From: an uncultured Candidatus Actinomarina sp.
GTDB taxonomy: Bacteria; Actinomycetota; Acidimicrobiia; Actinomarinales; Actinomarinaceae
Direction: 5' to 3'
DNA length: 64,000 nucleotides
Assembly (NCBI GenBank): GCA_902625455.1
Contig: CACOBL010000004.1
Location: 14,064 to 78,063 of the forward strand
Below the pieces are notes generated by a model, which ran no database searches, was not told the DNA's origin, and was given only the letters and a program-made list of their open reading frames with translations. Below, in pieces: positions 34,882-45,736 of this stretch. Both the position numbers and the translations under genes were made by a program. Numbering within the stretch: position 1 is the first letter of the stretch; the number at the start of each line of letters is the position of its first letter.

Positions 34882-34914
34882 ATAAAATGGCGGGTAAATT
34901 ACCCGCCATTTTAT
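34882..34914. terminator. Perfect 16-bp inverted repeat between SBP and permease genes
   Basis: ATAAAATGGCGGGTAA-A-TTACCCGCCATTTTAT. Confidence 0.7.
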
Positions 34915-34925
34915 GTACATTTTAA

Positions 34926-36920
34926 TTAGCTAGAAACTTTAACTAATGAAGGATAACCTCCACCAGTTCCTGTTAATCCATCTAATACGTCAGTGAATGG
35001 GAATGATACGTTATTTCTATATACCTCAAGTGTAGGTACATTGAAGAGAACCAAATATGGCATTTCTTCAAATAATATAGCTTCCATTTGCTGAGAAAGA
35101 GCAATAGCTTCTGCTACAGTCTTAGCTTTATTAAATTCTCCGACAAGTGCATCGAACTCTGCGTTGTTAAAACCAGGTGTATTATATCCACCTTCGCAGG
35201 TATCGTTGTAAGAAGCAAAGAATGCTTCTGGATGATCAGGGAATGCACTTAAGCCCCAACCTAACATGTAGAAGTACCAGTCTTCACAATTTTCTGGTGT
35301 GAATACTTTATCTACAATAACGCTAAATCCAGTTGGTCTAGCTGTAACATCAAATCCAAGCTGTTGCATCCAATCAGCTATGAATAATGACATTGTTGAT
35401 CTTAATGGGTCATATCCAGCACCCGGTGCATATAATAACATGTCACCTGGAGGAGTTTCTCCATTAGGTCCTTTAACACCTGTAGGTGCGACAGCTCTGT
35501 CAGCACCACCTGGGTGTGAACCCCAATCACTAGCTGTCCATCCACCTGCTTGAAGAATTTCGACGGATTTACCCCATCTTTCTTCTGCAGAGAGTCCAGC
35601 ACAATCAGCTAGTACACCTGTTACTGGTGCTACCCATGCTGTCAAAGCCTCTGGCATTTGACCGTCCATGTTTACAGCAACACCTTGAAGTACGTTATTT
35701 AATACGAACTCTTTATCAGATATACAAGCAACCGCTTGTCTAAATGCTTTGTTACTACCAGGGAATACTCTTGTGTTGAATGCCATGTAACGCATACCGT
35801 TACCTAAGTTAGCAGTTGTTTCAACACCGGGTACTCTTGATAATTGGTCAAAAAGATTTCTCTTAACACCTAGTGGGTTAAGAACGAAATCAACTTCACC
35901 ATTCTGGAATGCTAAGTAAGCAGCATCTTGATCACCATAAAGAGTGAACTCTACAGTACCAACATATGGTCCTGAAGTATAAGTGAAAGAATCACCAGTA
36001 GTGTCACCAAAAGATTGGCTAATTGCTGGTGCTACACCGTTGTCCCATTCGACAACTGTACCACTCTTATATATAGTTGTGTCTCCACCAAACCACATTG
36101 TGTTTGAATCATAATTCCATGTGTAGAAAGCACCTTGTTCGACTTTGTCGTAAACAAAAGCACTTGCTACTGGTGCATCAGCTCCAGAAGCTGCAAGCAA
36201 ATCTTCTCTTGATGTAGCAAATTGTGACCAATAAGTTTCATTCAAGAAAGGACTTTGTGCAATTCTGTATTGCCATGCGGATAATCCAGCATCAAAGTTT
36301 AGTGTAATTTCAACTGTGTAATCATTGACTGCAACTAGGCTTGCAATACCAGCGACATAGTCATCAGCACTTGAATCAGTACCAACAGCTTTTCGATAGT
36401 ATGTTTCCCAGTTACTTAACAAACCGAGGTCGTTTACAGTATTGAATGTCCATACCATATCATTAGCAGTAATTGGATCACCATTACTCCATTCAAATCC
36501 TTCTACCATTGGAACAGTATAAGTATATGTTCCGTCACCATTGTCAACAGATGTCTCAACGAGTTCTGCTGCCATACTTGTAGTTAACTGATAGTTAGGA
36601 TAAGAAATGCCGAATAGTGAAACTGCTTGTCCAGACATTACATATTGTGTCCATACATCGGTTTCAGTATCAAGATAATTCCAGTAGTTTTGTGTTTGTG
36701 GATCTGAGAATATCGCCATCTTATAAACACCATCAGGTCCTGATGGAGCTGCTTCTTCAGCTGGTGCTGCAGTAGTTGCTGGTGCTGCAGTAGTTTCAGT
36801 TGCTTCTTCTTCAACAACTTCTTCTTCTGCTGTATCGCCACCACATGCGACTACTACTAATGCAAAAACTGAGAAAAGTAATATAAGACGCCAAGACTTG
36901 GATCCCTTGAAATTACTCAA
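34926..36920 (-). CDS. Peptide ABC transporter substrate-binding lipoprotein (family 5)
   Basis: Lipobox VVVAC, WSNGDPITANDMVWT, FRQAV; TTG start at 36920 follows SD AAGGAG. Confidence 0.9.
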   Translation of the reverse strand: MSNFKGSKSWRLILLFSVFALVVVACGGDTAEEEVVEEEATETTAAPATTAAPAEEAAPSGPDGVYKMAIFSDPQTQNYWNYLDTETDVWTQYVMSGQAVSLFGISYPNYQLTTSMAAELVETSVDNGDGTYTYTVPMVEGFEWSNGDPITANDMVWTFNTVNDLGLLSNWETYYRKAVGTDSSADDYVAGIASLVAVNDYTVEITLNFDAGLSAWQYRIAQSPFLNETYWSQFATSREDLLAASGADAPVASAFVYDKVEQGAFYTWNYDSNTMWFGGDTTIYKSGTVVEWDNGVAPAISQSFGDTTGDSFTYTSGPYVGTVEFTLYGDQDAAYLAFQNGEVDFVLNPLGVKRNLFDQLSRVPGVETTANLGNGMRYMAFNTRVFPGSNKAFRQAVACISDKEFVLNNVLQGVAVNMDGQMPEALTAWVAPVTGVLADCAGLSAEERWGKSVEILQAGGWTASDWGSHPGGADRAVAPTGVKGPNGETPPGDMLLYAPGAGYDPLRSTMSLFIADWMQQLGFDVTARPTGFSVIVDKVFTPENCEDWYFYMLGWGLSAFPDHPEAFFASYNDTCEGGYNTPGFNNAEFDALVGEFNKAKTVAEAIALSQQMEAILFEEMPYLVLFNVPTLEVYRNNVSFPFTDVLDGLTGTGGGYPSLVKVSS
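36760..36795. repeat. Perfect 2 x 18-bp tandem repeat encoding TTAAPA linker
   Basis: GCTGGTGCTGCAGTAGTT twice. Confidence 0.85.
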
Positions 36921-37126
36921 TTTCTCTCCTTTTTGTATACAAAAAATCCACATATAAATGTGGATGTATTAATCATAGAAAAATTTCGGTTATATTCAAT
37001 TCTTATTTATTTTTTTTATAAATTGATTTGATATTTTATTTTTAGCTAATTAGTCGAAAAATTAACTGATAAAACCTAATAATTAAGTAAAAACCAGCCA
37101 AAAATATAACAAACTTGAAGCCAAAA

Positions 37127-38428
37127 CTATGCATTAATTTTAATCCTGAATGCTATTTCTTTCATATTAAATTTTTCTCTTATGTTGTTTTCAATAAAAG
37201 ATAAATAATTTTTTGGAATTCTTGAACTTAAAGAGAATCCAAATTCTGGAGGTTTTGTTGAAAATTGTGTAACAAATTTTAATTTCGCTTTTTTACCACG
37301 AAATGGATGTGGAGGTGACTTAACCCATAAATCACGGAAGAAACTATTTAATTCTGAAGTCGAAATTCTTAAGTTAAGTTGTTTTTCTATATTATCTATA
37401 TATTTTGAAATTAAATTTATATTTTTTGTATTTAAAGCAGATATCCTAATTACATTAATCCATCGATATTGTTTTAAATCTCTTTTTATTGAATTGTTAA
37501 TATTGTCTTTTTGTTCTTGATCTAAAAGATCCCATTTATTGAGTATCAATAACGGTGTAACAAAATTTTCTATCGAACTTTTTAAAATTCTTTTGTCTTC
37601 AAAAGATAATCCAATTTCAGAATCAACAACAATTAGAGCTATATCTGTATTTTCAAGAGATTTTATTGCTATCTCAGATGAATACCTATCAATCTGTTCC
37701 TTTTGTTTTTTACGAGGTATACCAGCAGTGTCAGTTATTAAATATTTTCGTTCATTTGCAACTAAATTTTCTTCTATTTTATCTCTAGTTGTTCCTGGAG
37801 TACTAGAAACTGTAGACCTTTCTTTATTTAGTAGAGCATTAAACAAAGTTGATTTCCCTGCATTGGGTCTACCAATAATTGTTAACGAGGTTATCTGGTT
37901 ATCATTTTGATCAGATTGTATAGCTAACTTTTTTAAATATTCATGTATTTGCTCCAGACCTAATTTGTGATAACCCGATACAAAAAAGTATTCATTATAT
38001 ATATATTTGTAAAAACGTTTATCGAGAGAGTTTTCATTAAAATTTTCACACTTGTTAAAAATCGTAATAACATCTTCCGAAAGGTTCTTTTTGTTAATGA
38101 TATTAAAAATTGAATCTAGCGCAGAGAAATCTTTTGTGTGTACATCAATTATAAAAAATATCTTGTTGGCATCTTTTATAAATTTATCAATATTGTTTTG
38201 ATAATTAATGTTGAACTCATCTGGTGTTTCCAGGAATCCAGGTAGATCAGAAAGTAAAATAACTTTATTATTTTCATAATTTATAGTTTTCGATATTTTA
38301 TCCCTTGTAGTGTTAGGTTTTGAGGCAATTATTGATGTTTTATGTCGAGTTAACGCGTTAATAAGTGTTGATTTTCCTGAATTTGGCAAACCTAACAACA
38401 AAATTTCTGGATTTTTCTTTTTAATCAT
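37127..38428 (-). CDS. der: Ribosome biogenesis GTPase Der (EngA)
   Basis: Two G domains (GLPNSGKS; GRPNAGKS, DTAG, NKWD) plus KH-like tail. Confidence 0.93.
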   Translation of the reverse strand: MIKKKNPEILLLGLPNSGKSTLINALTRHKTSIIASKPNTTRDKISKTINYENNKVILLSDLPGFLETPDEFNINYQNNIDKFIKDANKIFFIIDVHTKDFSALDSIFNIINKKNLSEDVITIFNKCENFNENSLDKRFYKYIYNEYFFVSGYHKLGLEQIHEYLKKLAIQSDQNDNQITSLTIIGRPNAGKSTLFNALLNKERSTVSSTPGTTRDKIEENLVANERKYLITDTAGIPRKKQKEQIDRYSSEIAIKSLENTDIALIVVDSEIGLSFEDKRILKSSIENFVTPLLILNKWDLLDQEQKDNINNSIKRDLKQYRWINVIRISALNTKNINLISKYIDNIEKQLNLRISTSELNSFFRDLWVKSPPHPFRGKKAKLKFVTQFSTKPPEFGFSLSSRIPKNYLSFIENNIREKFNMKEIAFRIKINA

Positions 38429-38455
38429 AATCTATAATATAGCTATTCTAATTAC

Positions 38456-39484
38456 ATGGTTGATAAACTTTACTTGGTTAACCCACGAGGATTTTGCGCT
38501 GGTGTTGAGATGGCTATTAAAGCTTTATCTTGGATGTTAAAAATTTATGACGAGACAATATACTGTTATCATGAAATAGTTCATAATAAATGGATTGTCA
38601 GCAAGTTTGAAGATCATAATGTGGTATTTTTTGATGATCCGACTGAAATACCTGAAAATTCTGTAGTAATGTTATCGGCCCATGGAACGGCACCGGATGT
38701 TGAGAACAAATTTAACTCTATATCTTCACTGACAATCAATTCTGTATGTCCATTGGTAACAAAAGTTCATCATGAAGCTAAAAAATACACAACTAATGGT
38801 GCTGAGGTTATATATGTTGGACATAAAGGTCACGATGAAGCTTTAGGTGCATTAGGTGTTTCACCAGATAAGATGCATCTTGTAGAAAATATAGAAGATG
38901 TAGATAAACTTGAAATTGAAGGTGATGCAGCACTTTTAGCTCAAACTACTTTATCTCTCTCAGAATGGGAACCTATCATGAACTATTCGCAAGATAAATA
39001 TGAAAATTTATTAATGCCTAGAAAAAGTGATTTATGTTACGCAACTACTAATAGACAAAGTGCTATTGTTGAAATTTTGGATGAAGTAGATGCGGTCGTT
39101 GTTGTTGGATCCGATAATTCAAGCAATACAAAAGCTCTAGTAAATATGGTAAAAAATAAGGGTTGCGAAGCACATCGCATAGATAATGTAAATGAATTAA
39201 AAAATTTAAATTTACCAAAAAATATTGCAGTTACTGCCGGGGCATCAGCGCCTGATCATTTGGTATTTCAGATTATAGAATCTTTAAACCCAAAAAAATT
39301 AATAGAGTTTAAACATAAAGATGAAGAAAAATATTTCCCATTACCTAAAGAATTAAGAAATAATGTAAGTACAATATCTGATTTTTTGATAAATCTTTGT
39401 GATTCAGAAAATAAACCTGAGATTAAGCAGGGTATCAAAAATGATAAAGATTGGTCAGCTACTGAAGCTTTAAGTTCTTTGTAA
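38456..39484 (+). CDS. ispH: 4-hydroxy-3-methylbut-2-enyl diphosphate reductase
   Basis: PRGFCAGV, IVHN, SAHG, CPLVTKVH, CYATTNRQ, TAGASAP. Confidence 0.97.
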   Translation: MVDKLYLVNPRGFCAGVEMAIKALSWMLKIYDETIYCYHEIVHNKWIVSKFEDHNVVFFDDPTEIPENSVVMLSAHGTAPDVENKFNSISSLTINSVCPLVTKVHHEAKKYTTNGAEVIYVGHKGHDEALGALGVSPDKMHLVENIEDVDKLEIEGDAALLAQTTLSLSEWEPIMNYSQDKYENLLMPRKSDLCYATTNRQSAIVEILDEVDAVVVVGSDNSSNTKALVNMVKNKGCEAHRIDNVNELKNLNLPKNIAVTAGASAPDHLVFQIIESLNPKKLIEFKHKDEEKYFPLPKELRNNVSTISDFLINLCDSENKPEIKQGIKNDKDWSATEALSSL

Positions 39485-40076
39485 CGATATCTATCAATTG
39501 CTCAATTGTTTTATCATTATTATTAATCACAATTGCACCTTCAGGCACAACTAGAGGTGAATTTTTCCTGGATAAATCTCTTTTGTCTCTTTCAGAAATA
39601 TCATCTACAGTTTCCAAGTTTTTAGATTGTTCAATTCTTCTTGCACTTCTAATATCCTCATCTGCATCTAAATAAATCTTTAAAGTCGCATCTGGAAATA
39701 CAACACTGCCCATATCTCTTCCTTCTACAACTAATCCTTTATCAGCAGATGATTGAACAAATTTTAATACATTATCAACTATCGCTCTTATTTCAATTTG
39801 TTGTGCAAGCTCAGAACTTTTTGTATTTAGTTCTTTTGTATACAAATCATGCTCGTGATAAATATTTTCGTCAATTTTGATTTTTAAAGGTTCGAAAGAT
39901 ATTATTTCAAAATTATCAAATCCTAAGTCATTTGTATCCAAAAAATATTTAGCTATCACTCTATATATAGATCCAGATGAAAAAAATGTAATACCTAATC
40001 TGTCTGATATTGCTTTACCCAGAGTTGTTTTACCACTTCCCGAAGGACCATCGATTGTAATAATTAATTTATTCAT
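39459..40076 (-). CDS. cmk: Cytidylate kinase
   Basis: IDGPSGSGKT, VVEGRDMGSVVFPDA, RDKRD. Confidence 0.95.
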   Translation of the reverse strand: MNKLIITIDGPSGSGKTTLGKAISDRLGITFFSSGSIYRVIAKYFLDTNDLGFDNFEIISFEPLKIKIDENIYHEHDLYTKELNTKSSELAQQIEIRAIVDNVLKFVQSSADKGLVVEGRDMGSVVFPDATLKIYLDADEDIRSARRIEQSKNLETVDDISERDKRDLSRKNSPLVVPEGAIVINNNDKTIEQLIDIVTKNLKLQ

Positions 40077-40725
40077 TTATATTAATTTTAACTAAATCCC
40101 CTGGTGACAAATCTTTTATAGAATATTTTCCAATTCTATTTCTTTTTAGAGAAACAATTTTTAAATTATTAAATCTAAATATCCTTCTTATTTCATGATT
40201 TTTACCAGTCATAAGTGTTACTTCGTATGTGTACTTATTTATTAATTTATAGTTATTAATTTTCAAAACTTCCCCATTATGATTTATGTTTTGTTTAAAT
40301 TTTTTCCCTTTTGGGAATGGATTTTTAATTTTAATTAAATATTTTTTAGAAATTTTATTTTTTGCATTGAATATACCATTTAACCAATCACCATCTGTAC
40401 TAAGAAGCATCAATCCTTCTGAATCTTTATCTAATCTTCCACCAAATTTTAGATAGGACTTCCCGATTAAATCAAAAATTATTGGTGCATCACCTTGTTT
40501 TTGGTGTGAACAAATATAACCCTTTGGTTTATAAAATTTGTAGTACTCATGTCTACCTCTTGATTTTATTACTTCCCCATCTACTTGAATAACATCTTCT
40601 TCTTCTACAATTGTTCCAACATTAACAATATGATTATTTACTTTTACTTGTCCTGCAGCTATTTTTTCATCTGCTTTTCTTCTCGAAATGAACAGATTTT
40701 GCGCCAAATATTTATTAAGTCTCAA
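40069..40725 (-). CDS. rluB: rRNA pseudouridine synthase (RluB/RsuA family)
   Basis: S4 domain, KPKG, GRLDKDSEGL; scpB-rluB-cmk synteny. Confidence 0.85.
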   Translation of the reverse strand: MRLNKYLAQNLFISRRKADEKIAAGQVKVNNHIVNVGTIVEEEDVIQVDGEVIKSRGRHEYYKFYKPKGYICSHQKQGDAPIIFDLIGKSYLKFGGRLDKDSEGLMLLSTDGDWLNGIFNAKNKISKKYLIKIKNPFPKGKKFKQNINHNGEVLKINNYKLINKYTYEVTLMTGKNHEIRRIFRFNNLKIVSLKRNRIGKYSIKDLSPGDLVKININE

Positions 40726-40730
40726 ATATT

Positions 40731-41258
40731 TTATTCCTCTTCATGTACATCAGAAAAGTAATCTCCTAGTACTGGAAGTTCACTAATTGAATTAATATCT
40801 AATTTTTCAAGAAAAAGTTGTGTTGTAGAGTATTGATGGGGTGATCCTGGAACATCAAGTACACCAGATTTTTCAATCAGCCCCCTTGATTCTAATGTTT
40901 TTAAAGAAGATTCTGACTCTACTCCCCTAATCTCTGTAACTTTTAATTTTGTAACAGGTTGTTCATAAGCAACTATAGAAAGTGTTTCAAGTGCTGGTGT
41001 AGACAAACCTCTCAAAATTGATGGTGGTTTAAAATCAATTAACTCTTTTGTTACATCATCTATTGTTGAAAAATCTGAGTTTTTATCGTTATATTTAATT
41101 TTAAATCCAAAATCGGATTCAATTAAATTATTATTTATTTCAGAAAAATAAACGAAGAGCTCTTCTTTGGAAATGTCAAAATTATCGCAAAAATAAGAAT
41201 GTTCAACCGCACCATCACTTACTAATAATATTGAGGTAATTATTTTTTTATAGTTCAT
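40731..41258 (-). CDS. scpB: SMC-Scp complex subunit ScpB
   Basis: LSTPALETLSIVAYEQPVT...IRGV, TT..FL. Confidence 0.93.
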   Translation of the reverse strand: MNYKKIITSILLVSDGAVEHSYFCDNFDISKEELFVYFSEINNNLIESDFGFKIKYNDKNSDFSTIDDVTKELIDFKPPSILRGLSTPALETLSIVAYEQPVTKLKVTEIRGVESESSLKTLESRGLIEKSGVLDVPGSPHQYSTTQLFLEKLDINSISELPVLGDYFSDVHEEE

Positions 41259-41947
41259 TGTTTTTTAATGTTAATACTGTTTGATTCTTGTTCAGCTTTT
41301 ATAAATCCCCACCTTACCGCTTCTAAAAGTGCTAGAAAAAAAGCTACAGCTTCTTCTGTTGAATTCAATTTATCAATAAGTTCTTCGAAAGATGTATTAA
41401 TTCTAGAATCAACTTCATAAAGAAAGGTGTCTATTGCTTTCTGTAAGTCAGGTAAGTCTTTATCTATATGTTGGAAACCTTGTATAGTCTTATATCTTCT
41501 AAAAACTTCAACAGAAGTTTCAAAAAATTTATTACTATCAATTGAATATTCAATATCAGGTTTTGGAAATAGATTTCCGGTTTGGTAATACTTAAATGAA
41601 TTTAAAAACCTTTCATTTTTTTTTATACGTGAAGCCAATGCGATACCAATTTCTGAAAAGGCTTTAAATTGTAAAAGCCTAGCAAATGCCAAATCTTTAT
41701 CTTTCATTATCTGTACTTCGTCAATCCACTCAATTTCTTCATCTTGAGGAAGTAATCTTTTAGCTTTCATTTCAAAAAGTGATGAAGCAAGTAATATAAA
41801 ATCAGCAAAACTTTCTGTTTCACTATCTAAATTTTTTTGTTCTAATCCAGATATAAGTTCATGGAGATTTTCTTCAATCTGTGATTTATTATTTGAATAT
41901 TTTATAAGTAACGATTCTAAACTCTGAATTAAATAGTTTATTTCCAT
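41255..41947 (-). CDS. scpA: Segregation/condensation protein ScpA
   Basis: FILLASSLFEMKAKRLLP, FLALLE; upstream of scpB. Confidence 0.85.
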   Translation of the reverse strand: MEINYLIQSLESLLIKYSNNKSQIEENLHELISGLEQKNLDSETESFADFILLASSLFEMKAKRLLPQDEEIEWIDEVQIMKDKDLAFARLLQFKAFSEIGIALASRIKKNERFLNSFKYYQTGNLFPKPDIEYSIDSNKFFETSVEVFRRYKTIQGFQHIDKDLPDLQKAIDTFLYEVDSRINTSFEELIDKLNSTEEAVAFFLALLEAVRWGFIKAEQESNSINIKKQ

Positions 41948-42384
41948 TAAAAATCAGTTTTATCTAATATTTTATTTTTATTTGTGAGTAGATTATCAAA
42001 GTAATATATTGATACTTCATCATCATCTAATTCTTTTAATAATTCATATCCGATATCTTCGTGGTTTTTGTAATTCTCAGATTTTCTAGATTTATATATT
42101 CCTAAATCAGTAAAGATTCTAAATATCCATGAATATTCTGAAATAGATTTTCCAATATCATGAAGAAGGGCAAGCTTTAATATATTCTTATTGTCAGTAT
42201 ATTTCATGGTTCTATGTAGAACTTCAATTGAATGATGTCTATCTGCTTTATTTAATTTCCAGAATAATATTTCTAAATTCGAATTTTCTAAAGTTTTTGA
42301 AACTAATAGCTGGTCCACAACTGAAATATCTCTATAGAATAAAAATCTAACAGCTCTTCTAGCTTTTATAAACATGTCTTTCAT
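41947..42384 (-). CDS. HD-domain protein
   Basis: DRHHS...ALLHDIGK...H..IG. Confidence 0.8.
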   Translation of the reverse strand: MKDMFIKARRAVRFLFYRDISVVDQLLVSKTLENSNLEILFWKLNKADRHHSIEVLHRTMKYTDNKNILKLALLHDIGKSISEYSWIFRIFTDLGIYKSRKSENYKNHEDIGYELLKELDDDEVSIYYFDNLLTNKNKILDKTDF

Positions 42385-43262
42385 GATCTAGGATGGCTTT
42401 CTATAAATGCTTCTTCTAAAAATGCTTTAGTAACTTTAGTATATATCTGTGTAGTTGAAACAGAACTATGTCCAAGAAATTCTTGAACCGTTCTTAAATC
42501 ACATCCACCCTCAAGCATATGAGTTGCTGCTGAATGTCGTAATATATGTGGGTAAATACTTGTATTAATTCCTACTTTCAATCCAGTTGATTTAATTATT
42601 CTAAAAACTGCCGTCCTATCTAATTTTTTATATGATTTTGAGATAAACAAGTTATTATTTTTAATATTTTTAAATTGATTTCTTAATTCAAGATATTTTT
42701 CAAGATTGAATATTATTTTAGAACCCAAAGGAACAATTCTTTGTTTTGATCCTTTTCCTTCAAGCCTTACAAATGCATCGTCAATATCAATATCTGATTC
42801 CTCAACATTGATAAGCTCAGATACCCTGCAACCTGTTGAGTACATAAAATCAATTATTGTCTTATTCCTCGAAGAAATAAATAAATTATGATCATAAAAA
42901 TCTATCAGTTGTTCAATTTCATATGGTGAGAGAATATTTGGCAATTTTTGCTCAGACCTTATGGAGATATTGTTGATTTCAATATTGCTTATAAAATTTT
43001 CTTCTATTAAAAATTTTAAAAATTGATTAACTGATGATTGTATTCTTTTTTTTGTTGACCCAGAATATTTTTTGTTCTCAGCACTCTTCAGATATTTAGT
43101 TGTAATAAAATTGTCAATATTGAAGTACACATCATTATTAGATACTTTATTTATATCACTAATGTACGCATTAATTGTATTCTCAGACAATCCTTTTTCA
43201 TAAATTAAAAAGTCTCTATAAGAATCAATTAATAAACTAATCTCTAACTTTTGCTTCATCAT
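42381..43262 (-). CDS. xerD: Tyrosine recombinase XerD
   Basis: GLSENT..AY, TGCRVSEL, GKGSKQR, PHILRHSAATHML, LGH, TTQIYT; pyrG-xerD-scpAB synteny. Confidence 0.9.
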   Translation of the reverse strand: MMKQKLEISLLIDSYRDFLIYEKGLSENTINAYISDINKVSNNDVYFNIDNFITTKYLKSAENKKYSGSTKKRIQSSVNQFLKFLIEENFISNIEINNISIRSEQKLPNILSPYEIEQLIDFYDHNLFISSRNKTIIDFMYSTGCRVSELINVEESDIDIDDAFVRLEGKGSKQRIVPLGSKIIFNLEKYLELRNQFKNIKNNNLFISKSYKKLDRTAVFRIIKSTGLKVGINTSIYPHILRHSAATHMLEGGCDLRTVQEFLGHSSVSTTQIYTKVTKAFLEEAFIESHPRS

Positions 43263-44862
43263 CTATTGTTTTTTGCGTTACTTCAATTTTCTTTGACGCT
43301 TCAATAAATGAATTAAACATAGGTGCTGGTTCCCATGGTCTAGATTTAAATTCAGGATGAAATTGTGAAGCAACAAAATAAGGATGGTCTTTTATTTCAA
43401 TCATCTCCACTAAATCTTCATCAGGAGATACACCACTAAATATTAGGCCATTTTCTTCTAGCTGATTTCTAAACCTATTATTTACTTCATATCTATGTCT
43501 ATGTCTTTCATAAACTATTTCATTATTGTATATAGAAGAAGCCAAAGTATCTTTTTTTATCTTACAGGGATATGTGCCCAATCTCATTGAAGCACCTACA
43601 TCATCTTTTTCAAGATTCTGATTTGGAAGAATATCAATAACTGAATTGTTTGATGTTTGAGAAAATTCACTAGAATTTGCATCACTTATTCCACAGACAT
43701 TACGAGCAAATTCAATTACAGCGCATTGAAGACCTAAGCATATTCCTAAAAACGGTATCTTATTTATTCTCAAATACTCAACGGCAGTAATTTTCCCTTC
43801 AATACCCCTGTAACCAAACCCTCCTGGAATTACAACACCGTGAAGTTGTGATAATTCCTCTACTTCAAAATTGTCAGCATCTATCCAATGTAAATTTAAG
43901 TTCACCTTATTTTGCAAGCAAGCATGTTTTAATGATTCAACAACTGACATATAACTATCAGGTAAGCCAAAATATTTTCCTAAAATAGCTATTTCAACAT
44001 TCTGATTTACACCATCTTTAAGAGACATCATTGAACGCCAACTATCAAGATTAGGTTTATTTGAATTTAAAGAAAGTCTCTTGTCAACAGCGCTATCCAA
44101 ACCCTCCTCAAGCATTTTTAATGGAACGTCATATATATCTGGCAAATCAGGGGCATTTATAACATTATCTGACTCTACATCACAAAAAAGTGAGACTTTA
44201 CTTTTTATTTCATCAGTTAAGTTTCTATCGGATCTTAAAACAATCAAGTCAGGACTTATACCATAACTTCTCAGCATAGAGACAGAGTGTTGTGTAGGTT
44301 TGGTCTTTAACTCAGTACTAGGTCCAATAAACGGAACTAAAGTGACATGAACAAACATGACATTTTCAGAGCCAAATTCTTTACGTATTTGTCTTGCAGC
44401 CTCTAAAAAAGGTAAAATTTCAATATCACCGACAGTTCCACCAATTTCAGTAATTTGAACGTCTACTTCATTTGATATTCCTTTAATTCTTCTTTTAATT
44501 TCATCTGTAATATGAGGAATTACTTGTACAGTTGCTCCAAGATAATCACCTTTTCTTTCACGCTCAATAACTTTTCTATAAATACTTCCGGTAGTGACAT
44601 TTGCATCCTTTCTTAAATTTACTCCTGTAAATCTCTCATAGTGTCCGAGGTCTAAATCTGTTGTTGCACCATCTTCCGTAACAAAAACTTCACCATGTTG
44701 AAAAGGATTCATAGTATCAGGATCTACATTTATATATGGATCAAGCTTTTGATTAACTACTGTCAGACCGCGTGATTTGAGCAAGTTTCCTAGAGATGCA
44801 GAAGTAATCCCTTTACCAAGACCAGAGACTACACCGCCAGTGACAAATATGTATTTGGTCAC
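43237..44862 (-). CDS. pyrG: CTP synthase
   Basis: [30 protein letters not shown]. Confidence 0.98.
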   Translation of the reverse strand: MTKYIFVTGGVVSGLGKGITSASLGNLLKSRGLTVVNQKLDPYINVDPDTMNPFQHGEVFVTEDGATTDLDLGHYERFTGVNLRKDANVTTGSIYRKVIERERKGDYLGATVQVIPHITDEIKRRIKGISNEVDVQITEIGGTVGDIEILPFLEAARQIRKEFGSENVMFVHVTLVPFIGPSTELKTKPTQHSVSMLRSYGISPDLIVLRSDRNLTDEIKSKVSLFCDVESDNVINAPDLPDIYDVPLKMLEEGLDSAVDKRLSLNSNKPNLDSWRSMMSLKDGVNQNVEIAILGKYFGLPDSYMSVVESLKHACLQNKVNLNLHWIDADNFEVEELSQLHGVVIPGGFGYRGIEGKITAVEYLRINKIPFLGICLGLQCAVIEFARNVCGISDANSSEFSQTSNNSVIDILPNQNLEKDDVGASMRLGTYPCKIKKDTLASSIYNNEIVYERHRHRYEVNNRFRNQLEENGLIFSGVSPDEDLVEMIEIKDHPYFVASQFHPEFKSRPWEPAPMFNSFIEASKKIEVTQKTIDDEAKVRD

Positions 44863-44899
44863 GTGAAAATAATAACACGTTTATTTTTAAATTAAAGAA

Positions 44900-45700
44900 C
44901 TATCTAAGTATTTGATTTAAAAATAAATCCAATTTGGGAATATCAAGTTCTGCTAAAACTTCAAGATTTCGAGAAGATAATTTATAATTGTATGTTTCAT
45001 CAGTCTTAGTATCACTTAAATATTCCTCTACCCCATCAAACTGAATTGAATAATGTTGTTCTTTAGGAATCTTAATATTTAATTCAGAACCATTATCAAC
45101 AACTATAGATCTAGGAAATTTAGTAAATGGAGATATTGGTGTAATAATCATTGTTTCCAGACTTGTTTGAACAATAGGGCCACCAGCTGAATAATTATAG
45201 GCTGTAGAACCAAGTGAAGTTGAAATAATTATTCCATCAGCTCTCAATTTTACATTTTGATTATAAACATCTAGTTCAATATCTAATATTCGTGTTGGAG
45301 AATTTTTAATTATTACAATTTCATTAAAAGCAGGAAGGTTTTCATCTCCATTTTGAATTACTGGAGTACGTTTTTTAATATTATCAGGTTTTTTATCAGC
45401 CAAGAACTTTGGGAAGTCAATTTCATTTAGTGAGTTAACTAGATATCCAATTCTTCCTGAGCCAATATTTAGAACTGGTAAATGAGAAAGCCAAGCAATT
45501 TTCATTGCCCTTAATGCAGTTCCGTCACCTCCAACACTTATAAGTAAATTACTTTGTTCTAATTTTGAATTTTTTTTATCTCTTTCGTCAATATTCACAA
45601 CATCATATTCAGTATCATTAGATTTCAATATTTCAATAAGAGTCTCGTAATGTTTTGATTTCAAATATTTTTTTGAAGTCACAATTGAAATTTTTTTCAT
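44900..45700 (-). CDS. nadK: NAD kinase
   Basis: GGDGT, FNE, DG..ST..GSTAYNYSAGGP. Confidence 0.94.
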   Translation of the reverse strand: MKKISIVTSKKYLKSKHYETLIEILKSNDTEYDVVNIDERDKKNSKLEQSNLLISVGGDGTALRAMKIAWLSHLPVLNIGSGRIGYLVNSLNEIDFPKFLADKKPDNIKKRTPVIQNGDENLPAFNEIVIIKNSPTRILDIELDVYNQNVKLRADGIIISTSLGSTAYNYSAGGPIVQTSLETMIITPISPFTKFPRSIVVDNGSELNIKIPKEQHYSIQFDGVEEYLSDTKTDETYNYKLSSRNLEVLAELDIPKLDLFLNQILR

Positions 45701-45736
45701 ATATTTATATTACACGTTACTTATAATGTTCATAAA

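Noticed and set aside
34926..36920. Higher GC of the SBP gene as a sign of horizontal transfer
   Set aside because: Explained by Ala/Gly/Thr-rich composition and high-expression codon bias; no mobility marks.
42381..43262. Tyrosine recombinase as a mobile-element integrase
   Set aside because: XerD motifs and conserved pyrG-xerD-scpAB context; no att repeats or cargo genes.
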